Shown here piece by piece: positions 19,450 through 29,716 of a stretch of DNA of 62,717 nt. The DNA is from Minisyncoccota bacterium. GTDB lineage: Bacteria > Patescibacteriota > Minisyncoccia > Phycocordibacterales > XYD1-FULL-46-19. The DNA is taken from the NCBI GenBank assembly GCA_041657405.1, contig JBBABX010000003.1, positions 1 through 62,717 on the forward strand, written 5' to 3'. The translations under genes and the position numbers were made by a program. Positions within the stretch are counted from its first letter, which is position 1; every line of letters starts with the position of its first letter. The notes below the pieces were generated by a model. The model was not told the DNA's origin, did no database searches, and saw only the letters and a program-made list of their open reading frames with translations.

Positions 19450-21111
19450 ATGAAGCAAGGCCATAAATATATTTTTGTTATTGGTGGGGTAATGTCAGGT
19501 GTCGGCAAGGGAGTGACTGCTTCCTCCATCGCCAAAATCCTCAAAGCTCGCGGTTTCAAGGTCAATCCTCTCAAGATTGACCCTTATTTAAATGTGGATG
19601 CCGGCACAATGAACCCGATTGAGCATGGAGAAGTCTTTGTGCTAGATTCTGGCCTGGAAACCGACCAAGATATGGGCAATTATGAACGTTTTTTAGACCA
19701 GAGTTTGCCACCAGAAAATTATATGACTAGTGGTATGGTTTATAAATATGTTATAGAAAAAGAACGTGCGCTTGGATTTAATGGTCGTTGTGTCGATCCT
19801 GTTCCTTATATCTGTGAAGAAATTCACCGCCGAATAGAGGCCGCACGACAAAAGACCAATTCCGATATTTCCATTATTGAAATTGGCGGCACGGTCGGTG
19901 AATTCCAAAACGAGATGTTTATTGAAGCCGCGCGTATCTTAAAATTAAAAAATCCTAATAGTGTGCTTTTTGTTTTAGTTAGTTATCTACCAACCCCCAA
20001 TAAAATCGGTGAGATGAAAACCAAACCGACCCAATATGCCGTTCGTAGCCTAAACTCTTACGGCGTCCATCCCGACATCATTGTCGCTCGTTCTGATCGA
20101 CCCTTAGATCAAAAACGTAAGGAAAAAATTGCCTTTGCCAGCAATATCCCGAACGGTCACATCATTTCAGCGCCAGATATTGAGAGTATTTATGATATCC
20201 CTCTCAATTTTGAAAAAGATGGTCTGTCTGAAACTATTTTGTCTCTTCTAAAACTAAAACCAAAATCAACCGACCTCAAAGACTGGCGTCAAATGGTCAC
20301 TAAGGGCGCGCGAGCCAAAGAAACAATTAATATTGGCATTGTTGGTAAATATTTCCGCACCGGTGATTTTGTTTTATCTGATGTCTATATTTCGGTCATA
20401 GAATCTCTCAAACATTCCGCCACCGCCTTAGGCAAAAGAATAAAACTTGATTGGCTAGATTCAGGTGATTACGAACCTGGTGCTAGTAGTTCCGCCGAAC
20501 TCAAAAAAAGATTTAGAGATTTAGACCAATACCAGGGTCTCTTGGTCCCAGGCGGTTTTGGCGAGCGAGGAGTTGAGGGCAAAATAAAAGTGATTGAATA
20601 CGCGCGAAATCACAAAATTCCCTACTTCGGCCTCTGTTATGGGATGCAACTAGCCGTGGTTGAATTTGCCCGTCATGTTGTCGGCCTAACGAATGCGCAC
20701 ACGACCGAAATCAAACCCGACACGAAAAATCCAATCATTGACATTATGCCCGAGCAAAAAAAACTGATGGCCGAAAAAAATTACGGTGGCACAATGCGAT
20801 TAGGTGCTTATCCAGCTCACTTACAAAAAGGCACTATCGCCTATAATGCTTACAAAACTAACAAAATCAGCGAGCGACATCGGCATCGCTTTGAGGTCAA
20901 TCCCGATTATATAGAACAATTAGAAAAAGCTGGTCTCGTCTTTTCCGGCAAATCACCAGATGGTATTTTGATGGAAATTGCCGAATTACCAAAGTCCAAG
21001 CATCCTTTCTTTGTCGGCACCCAATTTCATCCTGAATTCAAATCTACTCCGCTCAAGCCTCATCCGTTGTTTTATGCTTTCATCAAAGCTGCAATTCAAA
21101 GGAAAAAATAG
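19450..21111 (+). CDS. pyrG: CTP synthase
   Basis: 553 aa; KYIFVIGGVMSGVGKG, glutamine amidotransferase GLCYGMQ, and FVGTQFHPEF. Confidence 0.97.
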   Translation: MKQGHKYIFVIGGVMSGVGKGVTASSIAKILKARGFKVNPLKIDPYLNVDAGTMNPIEHGEVFVLDSGLETDQDMGNYERFLDQSLPPENYMTSGMVYKYVIEKERALGFNGRCVDPVPYICEEIHRRIEAARQKTNSDISIIEIGGTVGEFQNEMFIEAARILKLKNPNSVLFVLVSYLPTPNKIGEMKTKPTQYAVRSLNSYGVHPDIIVARSDRPLDQKRKEKIAFASNIPNGHIISAPDIESIYDIPLNFEKDGLSETILSLLKLKPKSTDLKDWRQMVTKGARAKETINIGIVGKYFRTGDFVLSDVYISVIESLKHSATALGKRIKLDWLDSGDYEPGASSSAELKKRFRDLDQYQGLLVPGGFGERGVEGKIKVIEYARNHKIPYFGLCYGMQLAVVEFARHVVGLTNAHTTEIKPDTKNPIIDIMPEQKKLMAEKNYGGTMRLGAYPAHLQKGTIAYNAYKTNKISERHRHRFEVNPDYIEQLEKAGLVFSGKSPDGILMEIAELPKSKHPFFVGTQFHPEFKSTPLKPHPLFYAFIKAAIQRKK

Positions 21112-21120
21112 AATAAACAT

Positions 21121-21158
21121 TAATCCCCTAAAAATTCGCCCGAATTTTTAGGGGATTA
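21121..21158. repeat. Copy 2 of the 38-bp palindromic terminator-like repeat (perfect 18-bp arms)
   Basis: TAATCCCCTAAAAATTCGCCCGAATTTTTAGGGGATTA, 10 nt after the pyrG stop and between convergent genes. Confidence 0.9.
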
Positions 21159-21262
21159 ATGTTTGTTTTTCCCAGATTACTTAAGCAATTTTTTAATTTT
21201 CCAATAACTTGTTCAGTTTAGTCCGAGTTTTAATTCCAACAAAACCCGTTCCTTTGGACAAA

Positions 21263-22658
21263 TTAAGCGGTAATAATATCTCCCACTTCGGCCAAACTAG
21301 AACTTTCGCTATTATTTGAACTTAGCGATATCTCAGCTAACGAATAAAGCGGGTCAATCTTGTCAATCGTAAAATTACTCGCTAGAACAAAATCTGTGCA
21401 CAATAGTGCTTCATCACAGACAACTCCCTTCATACCATAATTATCATCATCAACCGCTGTAATATCAAAATCCGCTGTCGTCTGAGTAGAGGAAGAGACA
21501 ACTGCTTCACCAATCTGATTCCCATCAGCATCCAACAAATAAATATCGTAGGTCAAATTATCACCATTCGGATCAGTAGATGTGGCCCAAGCTAAATTGA
21601 TAATTTTTGTCTCAGCAGAACCGCCATCATAGACACCCCCAGAAACCGGCACGACAAAAGATGAATGGTTAGGAGCCAAATTTGGCAAAGGCTCAAAATA
21701 AAAACTTTGTGTTTCTGTAGCAGTAATATCTTCCTCATAAGAAGCAGTCACTGTGGTAATAACACCGTCAGAATATTCACCACGTCGAGCGAAATGGAGA
21801 TGAAAGTCCGGACAACCAGTTTGGATTGATGTGAGCCAACCTGATTGGCTACCCACATACCAACGTTCAGTATTGGTACACAAAGATGGTTCGTGATATT
21901 TAAGATCCCAACCACGGTCAGTTTTAGGAGAATTGGAATAAAGCACCACCCAGAAATCATCAGTAATATCTAAATTCTTTTCACCAATTGTTCCATCTTC
22001 ATTGGCCCTAAGGGCAACCAAATGATGAGAGCTCATGCCTTCTACATGTGTATGATGATAAGTAGAATTCTTATCAAATGAACCGACAAGCTCTACTCCA
22101 TCATCATTACGCCAATCAGAATTAAAAAAACTAATGCTTTTTCCTTTTTCAACGAGATAAACATCTAAGCGAGCCGAATTAATAATAGAATTTGGAGTTG
22201 CATTGGCTTCAATAAAAACCGTTGAGGTCGCCCTAATAACAAAAGGATTATTTAAATGAAAAAGATGATAATTATTACGTCGCAAGTCTATACTAGAGGG
22301 TATATTATTCCAAGTAATCGATGAGGGAGCATAATATAATTCTGGATAAATATCATCTGGGTAAATATTTGGGCTGATATATTTTCCCGAATCACCATCG
22401 TAAGTCATAACTTTATTTCGCACATCAGAATCACCAGTTCCATCAGCATAATAATTCCAATAAGAATCTCCATCACCATTGATACCAGCAATATTAGCTG
22501 AAACCGAAGTTGGCGAACCGGTCACTTCTGCATTCAAAACATAAGGTAAAAAACGCGAAATATCAAGATTAGGAACAAGTAATAGATTGGAAACAGTTTC
22601 GGCCCCAACAAATTCGGGTAAAATAAAAAAAACAGAGCCCTAAAAAGAGCCCTTTCAT
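21263..22658 (-). pseudogene. Secreted/surface protein gene whose signal-peptide-encoding 5' end is out of frame at a T8 tract
   Basis: The 424-aa ORF (21263..22537) has no ATG. The ATG at 22658 encodes MKGLFLGLCFF..., and one T fewer in the run (plus-strand A8 at 22625..22632) would join it in frame, giving ...ILPEFVGAETVSN.... Confidence 0.6.
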
Positions 22659-22794
22659 AATTATTTTTTTGTCCCAACCAAAAAACATATTTTTATATGT
22701 AATTATTATACCATACTTTTTATTTTAAAAACCGACTACAATGTTTCAGGCACTTACCAAAGTCTTTTATCTTGCTATTATCGTGTTTTTCTTT

Positions 22795-24591
22795 CTAACT
22801 TCCCGGCTTAAAAGTTGTTCGCTTAGCGCGGGACCGATCATTTTCAGTCAAAAACGCCTTTCTTAATCTAACAGAGTTTGGTGTAATCTCCAGATATTCA
22901 TCTTCGGCCATTATTTCAAGCCCTCGTTCAATACTCAAAATAAATGGAGGAGCCAACATAATATTTTCGTCAGAGCCAGCCGCTCGCATATTGGTTAATT
23001 GTTTGCCTTTAATTGGATTGGCAATAATATCTTCACCTTTTGAGGTGTTGCCAATAACCATACCCTCATAAACTTCTGTCCCTGGACCGATATACAACTT
23101 GCCACGTGTCTCCAGATTATTTAGCGCATATGCCACTGCCTTGCCAGTAATCATGGAAACCATTGAACCTACATTGGTTTTTTTTATCTCACCAACATAT
23201 TTTCGAAAACCAATCACCCGCGAAGACATAATTCCTTCACCTCGTGTATCAATAATAAACTGATTGCGATAACCCAACAACCCGCGTGTCGGCCCCTCAA
23301 AAATTAAACGAGAAATATTGCCATTCTGTTTTAGATGAGTCATTACCGAGCCCCGCTGACCAAGTTTCTCAATAATTGCCCCCTGAAATTCCGTTGGCGT
23401 ATCTATTGTCACTTCTTCAAATGGCTCATTTTTGACACCGTCAATTTCTTTAATAATTACCCGCGGTTGTGACACTGCCAATTCAAATCCCTCTCGCCGC
23501 ATATTTTCTAGCAAAATTGAAATGTGAAGTTCGCCGCGACCAAATACTTTAAATTTTTCGGCTGAAAAATCAATCTTCAATCCCACGTTCACCTCTAGCT
23601 CTTTTTCTAAACGTTCACGAATCTGACGGCTAGTCACAAACTTTCCTTCACGACCAACAAAAGGTGAGTCATTAATCATAAAATCAAGCGCGATTGTCGG
23701 TTCGTCTACCTTAATTGCCGGCAAAGGTTCACTATCCGCGTTAGCACAAATTGTCTCACCAATAAAAATTTTTGGAATCCCAGCTACAATGACAATATCA
23801 CCAGCGCTCGCCTCGCTCACTTCTTCTCGTTCCAACCCCCGAAAAGTAGAGAGTTTAGATATTTTACCTGAGTAAGTTTCCCCAGCCGCATTTTTAACAA
23901 AGACTGTTGCCCCCGATTTGATAGACCCTTCGTAGACTCGGCAAATCGCCATTCGGCCAAGATAGTTGTCATACGCTAAATTGAATGGTTGCGCGCGCAA
24001 CGGCACCTCGGTGTTGTTTTCGGCTGCTGGCACTTTTTCCAAAATCAAATCAAGAAGCGGAAAAATATCTTTAGTCTCATCTGCCAAATCTTTTTTGGCA
24101 ACACCGTCACGGCCGATAGCATACACCACTGAAAAATCCAATTGAGCATCCTGCGCGCCCAAGTCCATAAATAATTCCAAAACTTCTTCTTCTGCCCGCC
24201 TAGGGTCTGCTGCTGGCTTGTCAATTTTATTCAAAACTACAATCGGCTTGAGCCCCAGTTCTAGTGATTTTTTTAAAACAAAACGCGTTTGGGGCATCGG
24301 TCCTTCTTGCGCGTCCACTACCAAAAGAACCGAATCAATAGAGCGCAAAACTCGCTCCACCTCCGAACCAAAGTCGGCATGCCCTGGAGTATCAACAATA
24401 TTAATTTTTGTTCCTTTATAAAAGAGTGAGGCATTTTTAGAATAAATAGTAATTCCACGTTCTTTTTCCAGGGTGTTGGTATCCATACTAAAACCATCCG
24501 GCACCATATCGGTCTGGCGGAGAATGGCGTCGGTCAGGGTTGTCTTCCCATGATCAACGTGAGCGATAATTGCAATATTTCGGATTTCCAT
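22795..24591 (-). CDS. typA: Translational GTPase TypA/BipA
   Basis: [32 protein letters not shown]. The start is taken at the internal Met. Confidence 0.95.
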   Translation of the reverse strand: MEIRNIAIIAHVDHGKTTLTDAILRQTDMVPDGFSMDTNTLEKERGITIYSKNASLFYKGTKINIVDTPGHADFGSEVERVLRSIDSVLLVVDAQEGPMPQTRFVLKKSLELGLKPIVVLNKIDKPAADPRRAEEEVLELFMDLGAQDAQLDFSVVYAIGRDGVAKKDLADETKDIFPLLDLILEKVPAAENNTEVPLRAQPFNLAYDNYLGRMAICRVYEGSIKSGATVFVKNAAGETYSGKISKLSTFRGLEREEVSEASAGDIVIVAGIPKIFIGETICANADSEPLPAIKVDEPTIALDFMINDSPFVGREGKFVTSRQIRERLEKELEVNVGLKIDFSAEKFKVFGRGELHISILLENMRREGFELAVSQPRVIIKEIDGVKNEPFEEVTIDTPTEFQGAIIEKLGQRGSVMTHLKQNGNISRLIFEGPTRGLLGYRNQFIIDTRGEGIMSSRVIGFRKYVGEIKKTNVGSMVSMITGKAVAYALNNLETRGKLYIGPGTEVYEGMVIGNTSKGEDIIANPIKGKQLTNMRAAGSDENIMLAPPFILSIERGLEIMAEDEYLEITPNSVRLRKAFLTENDRSRAKRTTFKPGS

Positions 24592-24740
24592 TTTCTTTAA
24601 AGCTTTGAGATTACTTGACAAAAAAAGTCTCCCCTTGGGAGAACAAGTTTTGATCTCGGTCTTTTTATTCTAAAACAAAAAACACCAAATAGCAAGGAAA
24701 ACTGGAGGGTGGCTATTTCTCTAAATTAAGCTAGATTATC

Positions 24741-24778
24741 TAATCCCCCAAAAATTCGCCTGAATTTTTAGGAGATTA
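24741..24778. repeat. Copy 3 of the 38-bp palindromic terminator-like repeat
   Basis: TAATCCCCCAAAAATTCGCCTGAATTTTTAGGAGATTA. Its two arm mismatches are C/A on the plus strand but G-U on the minus strand, the strand of the gene it follows (24785..25186). Confidence 0.85.
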
Positions 24779-24784
24779 AGAGAT

Positions 24785-25186
24785 TTAATTATTCAAGACG
24801 TAGGAAACCTCTGGACCGGATTCCCCCACCTGTTTTATCCGACCTTCTTTTTCTAATTCGTTCAAATATTTTCTTGCCGTCTCATCTGATACGTTCAAGA
24901 GTTTTTCTATCTCACGACGCATAACCCCCGGCTTGTTCTCGCCTTGCTCTAGCCCGCAAGTCGCCAGTGCTTGGTCAAATGACCCTTCGCGTCGCATAAA
25001 TTCCAAAATTTTGTTTTTTCGATCTGAAATTCTTTCGTCAAAAGCCTTTTGAGCCTCTTTTTTCATTTCTTCTTTTTCTTCAGTGTTCATTTCTGACAAC
25101 AGTTTTCCGCTAATTTTTGCCGCGCTTCGTTTTCCAAGCACAAACCCAATCCCGATTCCAATTATAAAAATTATTATATTTACCAT
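24785..25186 (-). CDS. Membrane-anchored winged-helix/HTH-like protein, hypothetical
   Basis: 133 aa with an N-terminal TM helix; the C-terminal ...SDETARKYLNELEKEGRIKQV resembles a wHTH. Confidence 0.5.
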   Translation of the reverse strand: MVNIIIFIIGIGIGFVLGKRSAAKISGKLLSEMNTEEKEEMKKEAQKAFDERISDRKNKILEFMRREGSFDQALATCGLEQGENKPGVMRREIEKLLNVSDETARKYLNELEKEGRIKQVGESGPEVSYVLNN

Positions 25187-25397
25187 ATTTTATGATTATA
25201 ACACGATTTTTTGTTTAGAGGAGATAGATAACTAACATTATAAAAGTATGTTTTTGAAGTTTTATCTACAAAAGTAGAAATTAAATATATCAATTAAATA
25301 AAATCTTGAGAAAGTAGAAATAGCTGCCTTAATAAACCAATTAAACTTTTTTAGTCGTGGATTTTATCCTTAGATTATGGTAAATTAAAAAATACAT

Positions 25398-25468
25398 TGC
25401 GGGATCGTCTAATGGTAGGACACATCCCTCTGGAGGATGGTATCTTGGTTCGAGTCCAAGTCCCGCAG
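25398..25468 (+). tRNA. tRNA-Gln(CTG)
   Basis: Acceptor TGCGGGA/TCCCGCA (U1-A72, as in bacterial tRNA-Gln), anticodon arm CATCC-CTCTGGA-GGATG, and T arm CTTGG-TTCGAGT-CCAAG. Confidence 0.8.
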
Positions 25469-25637
25469 CTGTCATGTGAGACCGACCGAGGCTTGTATAT
25501 CAACACTTTTGTGAGGTCAAAATCGAGGACCAGTCATGGACTCGAACTTCCCTCAAAAATGTGACTAGATATAATGCTACGTCTAGGTTCTCAAGAATGG
25601 GTCTTAATAAGTTGAGTTAGATTCTCTGTAGTTTTTG

Positions 25638-26363
25638 CTATGCGTTCTTTTTATCAAAGAAAAGGCTTATTTTTTTATAGATATCAGAATTCACTTTACT
25701 TAAAGTAATGTGACCCATAGGTAAGGTGTGTAAGGCGATGTTATTTTTTGAGCAAAATTCCAATATGTCATTCACTGGTATCTGGTCGTCATATTCTCCT
25801 GCAAATACAAGTAGTTTATTTGTTTGGAGTGTCATTTGTTCTTTTGGGGAAATAATCTGGTCAGTAATAAGTGCCTGCATATCTTCAGACATAAATGTGT
25901 AGTAGTCAGAGTGTCTTGTTTTAAGGTACTCACCGAGCGTGTCAATTCCAGCGACTGATTTATAAGAAATGACAGGCGAGAGAACACATACCGCTTTCAG
26001 TATAGGATAATCTTTTAATGTGAGCGCAAGTCCGCCGCCAAAACTGGTGCCAATAATAAAGACGTTTTTGTACGCTGATCCTGTAGTGTTTAGAAAGGCC
26101 CCTCTCTCTAGGCTGGAAATGAAGTCTTGTACTGATATTACGGGATTGTGTTTCAGAAATTTCCCTGAAGAACCCCAAGTGCCATCGTAATGAATCATGT
26201 ATACGTCATGTTGAGTTGTGAGATGATCTATAAGATCATAATTTTTGAGTGGGTTATACGGTATGCCTGGTAGCAGAATGACACATGTGTCGGTTGTGTT
26301 ATTGCTCATGTATGAAGTATAAACAAGGTCAATACCTGTTTTTGTTTTGTGTATGTTAGTCAT
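25638..26363 (-). CDS. Alpha/beta-fold hydrolase
   Basis: 241 aa with the nucleophile elbow GTSFGG and a C-terminal MGH. Confidence 0.65.
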   Translation of the reverse strand: MTNIHKTKTGIDLVYTSYMSNNTTDTCVILLPGIPYNPLKNYDLIDHLTTQHDVYMIHYDGTWGSSGKFLKHNPVISVQDFISSLERGAFLNTTGSAYKNVFIIGTSFGGGLALTLKDYPILKAVCVLSPVISYKSVAGIDTLGEYLKTRHSDYYTFMSEDMQALITDQIISPKEQMTLQTNKLLVFAGEYDDQIPVNDILEFCSKNNIALHTLPMGHITLSKVNSDIYKKISLFFDKKNA

Positions 26364-26730
26364 GGTACGTTTTCATTGATTGCTCGAGTTTTTTATTGAG
26401 TATGTTTATTGTTGATACTATCTGAACAATAGAGGGGGTTGGAATTAAAAAAAGCTTTTGTATTTTCGCAACTTCTTTAAGGTTGAATAGATTTGAGTCA
26501 TTTAGTTTTGATTGTATTATATCAGTATAGTGATATGTGTGCATATCGACGAAATCAAGCTCGTGGTTTAGTAGTAATAGGTCGGTGATGATTCGCGAGA
26601 TATACTTCATTGTAGTGTGACTGGCATACTCAGATTCAGTATTTAGAATACTTTTTTGTATACGATAAAAGTATTCTTCGATTCTATCAATCAAATCTGT
26701 TTTTACTTTATGTAGAGGAATGGTGTGCAC
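26356..26730 (-). CDS. Hypothetical protein (124 aa)
   Basis: ORF track; overlaps the downstream hydrolase gene by 8 nt. Confidence 0.45.
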   Translation of the reverse strand: MHTIPLHKVKTDLIDRIEEYFYRIQKSILNTESEYASHTTMKYISRIITDLLLLNHELDFVDMHTYHYTDIIQSKLNDSNLFNLKEVAKIQKLFLIPTPSIVQIVSTINILNKKLEQSMKTYHD

Positions 26731-26789
26731 TTTGTCTGTGAAGAAATTTGTACCCAGTAGGGTAGAAGGAATTCTTGATAAGCCTTATA

Positions 26790-26891
26790 CTGTCTCATTA
26801 TGGTTGGTACTAGAGTAACCATACCACCGTAAATGAGACAGTGACCGAGAGGGGTGTTTTGTGTCTCATTTGTATCATTCGCAAAAACACC
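26790..26891 (+). promoter_or_regulatory. Candidate structured leader with mutually exclusive 10-bp pairings upstream of the split permease genes
   Basis: CTGTCTCATT (26790..26799) pairs with AATGAGACAG (26832..26841). AAATGAGACA (26831..26840) can instead pair with TGTCTCATTT (26862..26871). There is also a GGTGTTTTG/CAAAAACACC helix. Confidence 0.3.
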
Positions 26892-27054
26892 TTACAGACC
26901 GAGACACCTCGTATAAGTAGTAGAAGGCATGGCATAATATCCTTATGGGGTCTTGCTACGTAGGTTCATGACCACGACAGCCAGCCTAAATTCAAAATTC
27001 GCATTTATATCAATATGGGTATATACTTATAATGTTATAAATATCTTTATTGCA

Positions 27055-27462
27055 ATGAATAAATCCTTGGCTTTCAAGCAAACCTGCGAACATTTCAAAA
27101 ACTTCTTACCTTTTATGCTGGGTATTGTTTTACTGATTGCTTTTTTTATAAGTGCGATATCTCCAGAACTCCTGCATAAAATTTTTACTGGTAATATTTT
27201 AGCTGATTCCTTTGTGGGAGCAGCTTTGGGTAGCGTCTTGGCAGGAAACCCTATCAATAGCTATATTATCGGCTCAGGATTATTAGAACAAGGCGTCAGT
27301 ATGATAGCGGTTATTGCTTTTGTTATAAGCTGGGTAACTGTCGGCATTATTCAACTTCCAGTTGAAGCAGCCTTTTTGGGCAAAAGATTCGCCATAACAA
27401 GAAATTTTATCAGCTTTATTATGGCCATAGTTATCGCTATGATAACAACCTTTATTATGTAA
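27055..27462 (+). CDS. Permease half-protein (PF03773-like two-component membrane permease, subunit 1)
   Basis: GSVLAGNPINSYIIG motif with four TM segments. The start is taken at the internal Met MNKSLAF. Confidence 0.6.
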   Translation: MNKSLAFKQTCEHFKNFLPFMLGIVLLIAFFISAISPELLHKIFTGNILADSFVGAALGSVLAGNPINSYIIGSGLLEQGVSMIAVIAFVISWVTVGIIQLPVEAAFLGKRFAITRNFISFIMAIVIAMITTFIM

Positions 27463-27466
27463 TTTT

Positions 27467-27985
27467 ATGAAAGAAAAGTTAACAATTAAAATTAGCAAGA
27501 GTTGGAGGTTTCTAATTTTTGTATTATTTATATACACAATAATTTTAATTTTAGATAAAGATTTTTTGTTTAAAGTTTTACTAAAAGCAGAAGAAATAAT
27601 AAGAGAGATTATCCCTGTTTTGATAATAGTTTTTCTGTTAACTTTTTTTGCCAACATCTGGTTAGATAACAAAAGAATGAAAAAAATAATATCCAAACAA
27701 ACTGGAGCATTAAGTTATTTAACTGCTGTTATTTTGGGAATTATATCCTCTGGACCTATCTATATGTGGTATCCACTCTTAAAAGAATTAAAAGAAGACG
27801 GATTGAGAAATGATTTAATCGCCATATTTTTATACAATAGAGCCATTATAATTCCAACGATTCCAATGATTTTATATTATTTTGGACTTCATTTTTTCAT
27901 AATTTCTACTGTTTTGATGATGGTTTTTTCTCTGTTGAATGGTTATCTTGTAAATAAATTTACCCAAGATTCTTTTAAAGGCTAG
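27467..27985 (+). CDS. Permease half-protein (two-component membrane permease, subunit 2)
   Basis: 172 aa, multi-TM, 4 nt after the preceding gene. Confidence 0.6.
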   Translation: MKEKLTIKISKSWRFLIFVLFIYTIILILDKDFLFKVLLKAEEIIREIIPVLIIVFLLTFFANIWLDNKRMKKIISKQTGALSYLTAVILGIISSGPIYMWYPLLKELKEDGLRNDLIAIFLYNRAIIIPTIPMILYYFGLHFFIISTVLMMVFSLLNGYLVNKFTQDSFKG

Positions 27986-28049
27986 GCCTCTAAAAAATAA
28001 AAAGAGTTTTAATTTGCTTTTTTAGTCTGAGACAGGTATAAAGAACCAA

Positions 28050-29149
28050 ATGAATAAATTTGTTGTTACCTCTAAAATTTTTTGGTCAATTTTATTTTTA
28101 GCCTTAACATTTTTGGTGCTAGTTATAATTTTTTTTGAATTAAGCTCAAACATCAATTTTCAATCAACTTCTCAAGAAAACCCCCTTACTTTAATTAGCA
28201 GAAAACCCAAAGACCTAGAAAATCAGTTGCCAACTAGCCAAATCTTAAATTCTCGTTACCATATTTACCAAACTTTCAACAACTGTGCCCCAGCAGCTCT
28301 TTCTATGGCCTTGTCTTACTTTGAGATTAACATCAATCAAGAAGAACTGGCCAAAATGACGACAAGTCTACTACCCCAGACGAACTAGCCGCCAAGGTCG
28401 AAGAATTAGATCTTATTACCTACTACCGCCCCGCCGGCGAGATCCAAACTCTCAAAGAAATAATCAATCTGGGATTGCCAATCATCGTGCGAACTCTGCT
28501 TTATCCTGACCAAGATTATGCCCATTATCGAATAATCAGGGGTTATAACGATACCACCGGTGAGATAATTCAAGACGATTCACTAGAAGGCAAAGATTTG
28601 CGTTTCACCTACCAAGAATTTGAAAATTTGTGGCTTCCTTTTAATAAGGCTTATTTAATTATTGCCAGACCAGAACAAAAGACCGCCGTTGAAAAAATTT
28701 TGGGAGAAAATAAAGAAACGTTTTCAGCTTGGCAAAAAGCTGTTGTTTTGTCTAAAAACAAACTAGCAATAGTTCCGCAAGATTTTACCGCCAATTTTAA
28801 TCTAGCCGTCGCCGAATATTATCTTGGCAATTACGCCAAATCAATTGACGCCTTTGAAAAAGTCTCCGCCAACCTACCTAAGCATATGCTTTGGTATCAA
28901 AATGAACCTCTCAAAGCTTATTTTGAGCTCAAGAAAGACGCCCAAGTTTTTGATTTGACTGATAAAATTTTTACTGATGGCAACAAGGCAGATAGCGAAT
29001 TACATTTTTTACGTGGACAAATTTTAGAACGTCAAAGTAAACTAATGGAGGCCAAAACCGAATTTGAAAAAGCTGTTTTTTATAATCAAAACTACCAACC
29101 TGCCCAAGAAGCTTTGGCCCAGTTAATTGCTAAAGAAATTTCTTTTTAA
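28050..29149 (+). pseudogene. Peptidase C39-like (cysteine peptidase) plus TPR protein, interrupted by a frameshift near 28350..28388
   Basis: ORF 28050..28388 (QTFNNCAPAALSMALSYF, catalytic Cys context) stops at 28388. The second reading frame (one base out of register with the first) is open from about 28340 (..QNDDKSTTPDELAAKVEEL...IIVRTLL...AHYRIIRGY) to 29149, with TPR-like repeats. Confidence 0.65.
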
Positions 29150-29203
29150 TTTATTTTCCACAACTCTCATTTTATTGCCATGTTATAATAAAGTGGCCAG
29201 ATT

Positions 29204-29716
29204 ATGGTTTTTAATTTTTTTCGAAAAAAACTTTTTTGGCTGTTTTTTCTGGTTATATTAATTTTTATCGTTTTGCTATTTTATCCTCAAACGGTTTTAA
29301 CTCCTGCTCGAACTCTAAAAAATTATTTTCAACCCCCAACTTATGAGGGTCCTTTGGTGCAAATTGGCAATATCTCAATTCCGGTAGAATTAGCAACTTC
29401 TACTAAAGCTGTGACCAAAGGTCTCTCTGGCCGCCCGTCTCTAGACCAAGACAAAGGAATGCTTTTTGTTTTTGATTTGCCTTATCGTTATCGTTTTTGG
29501 ATGCCTGAAATGAATTTCCCCCTGGATATGATTTGGATTGAAAATGGTCAAATCGCCGATATTACCAAAGACGTAACTAATGATTTTGACCCATCCTCTC
29601 CAGTTTTTTATCAACCAAACATACCTGTCCGTTACGTTTTAGAAGTTAATGCTGGTTTTGCCCAAAGACACAACTTTAAAATCAGCGATCAGGTAACTTT
29701 AATTAATATTGACTAA
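29204..29716 (+). CDS. DUF192 family protein
   Basis: 170 aa with a signal anchor; GLSGR...GMLFVF...FWMPEMNFPLDMIWI is typical of DUF192/COG1430. Confidence 0.7.
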   Translation: MVFNFFRKKLFWLFFLVILIFIVLLFYPQTVLTPARTLKNYFQPPTYEGPLVQIGNISIPVELATSTKAVTKGLSGRPSLDQDKGMLFVFDLPYRYRFWMPEMNFPLDMIWIENGQIADITKDVTNDFDPSSPVFYQPNIPVRYVLEVNAGFAQRHNFKISDQVTLINID

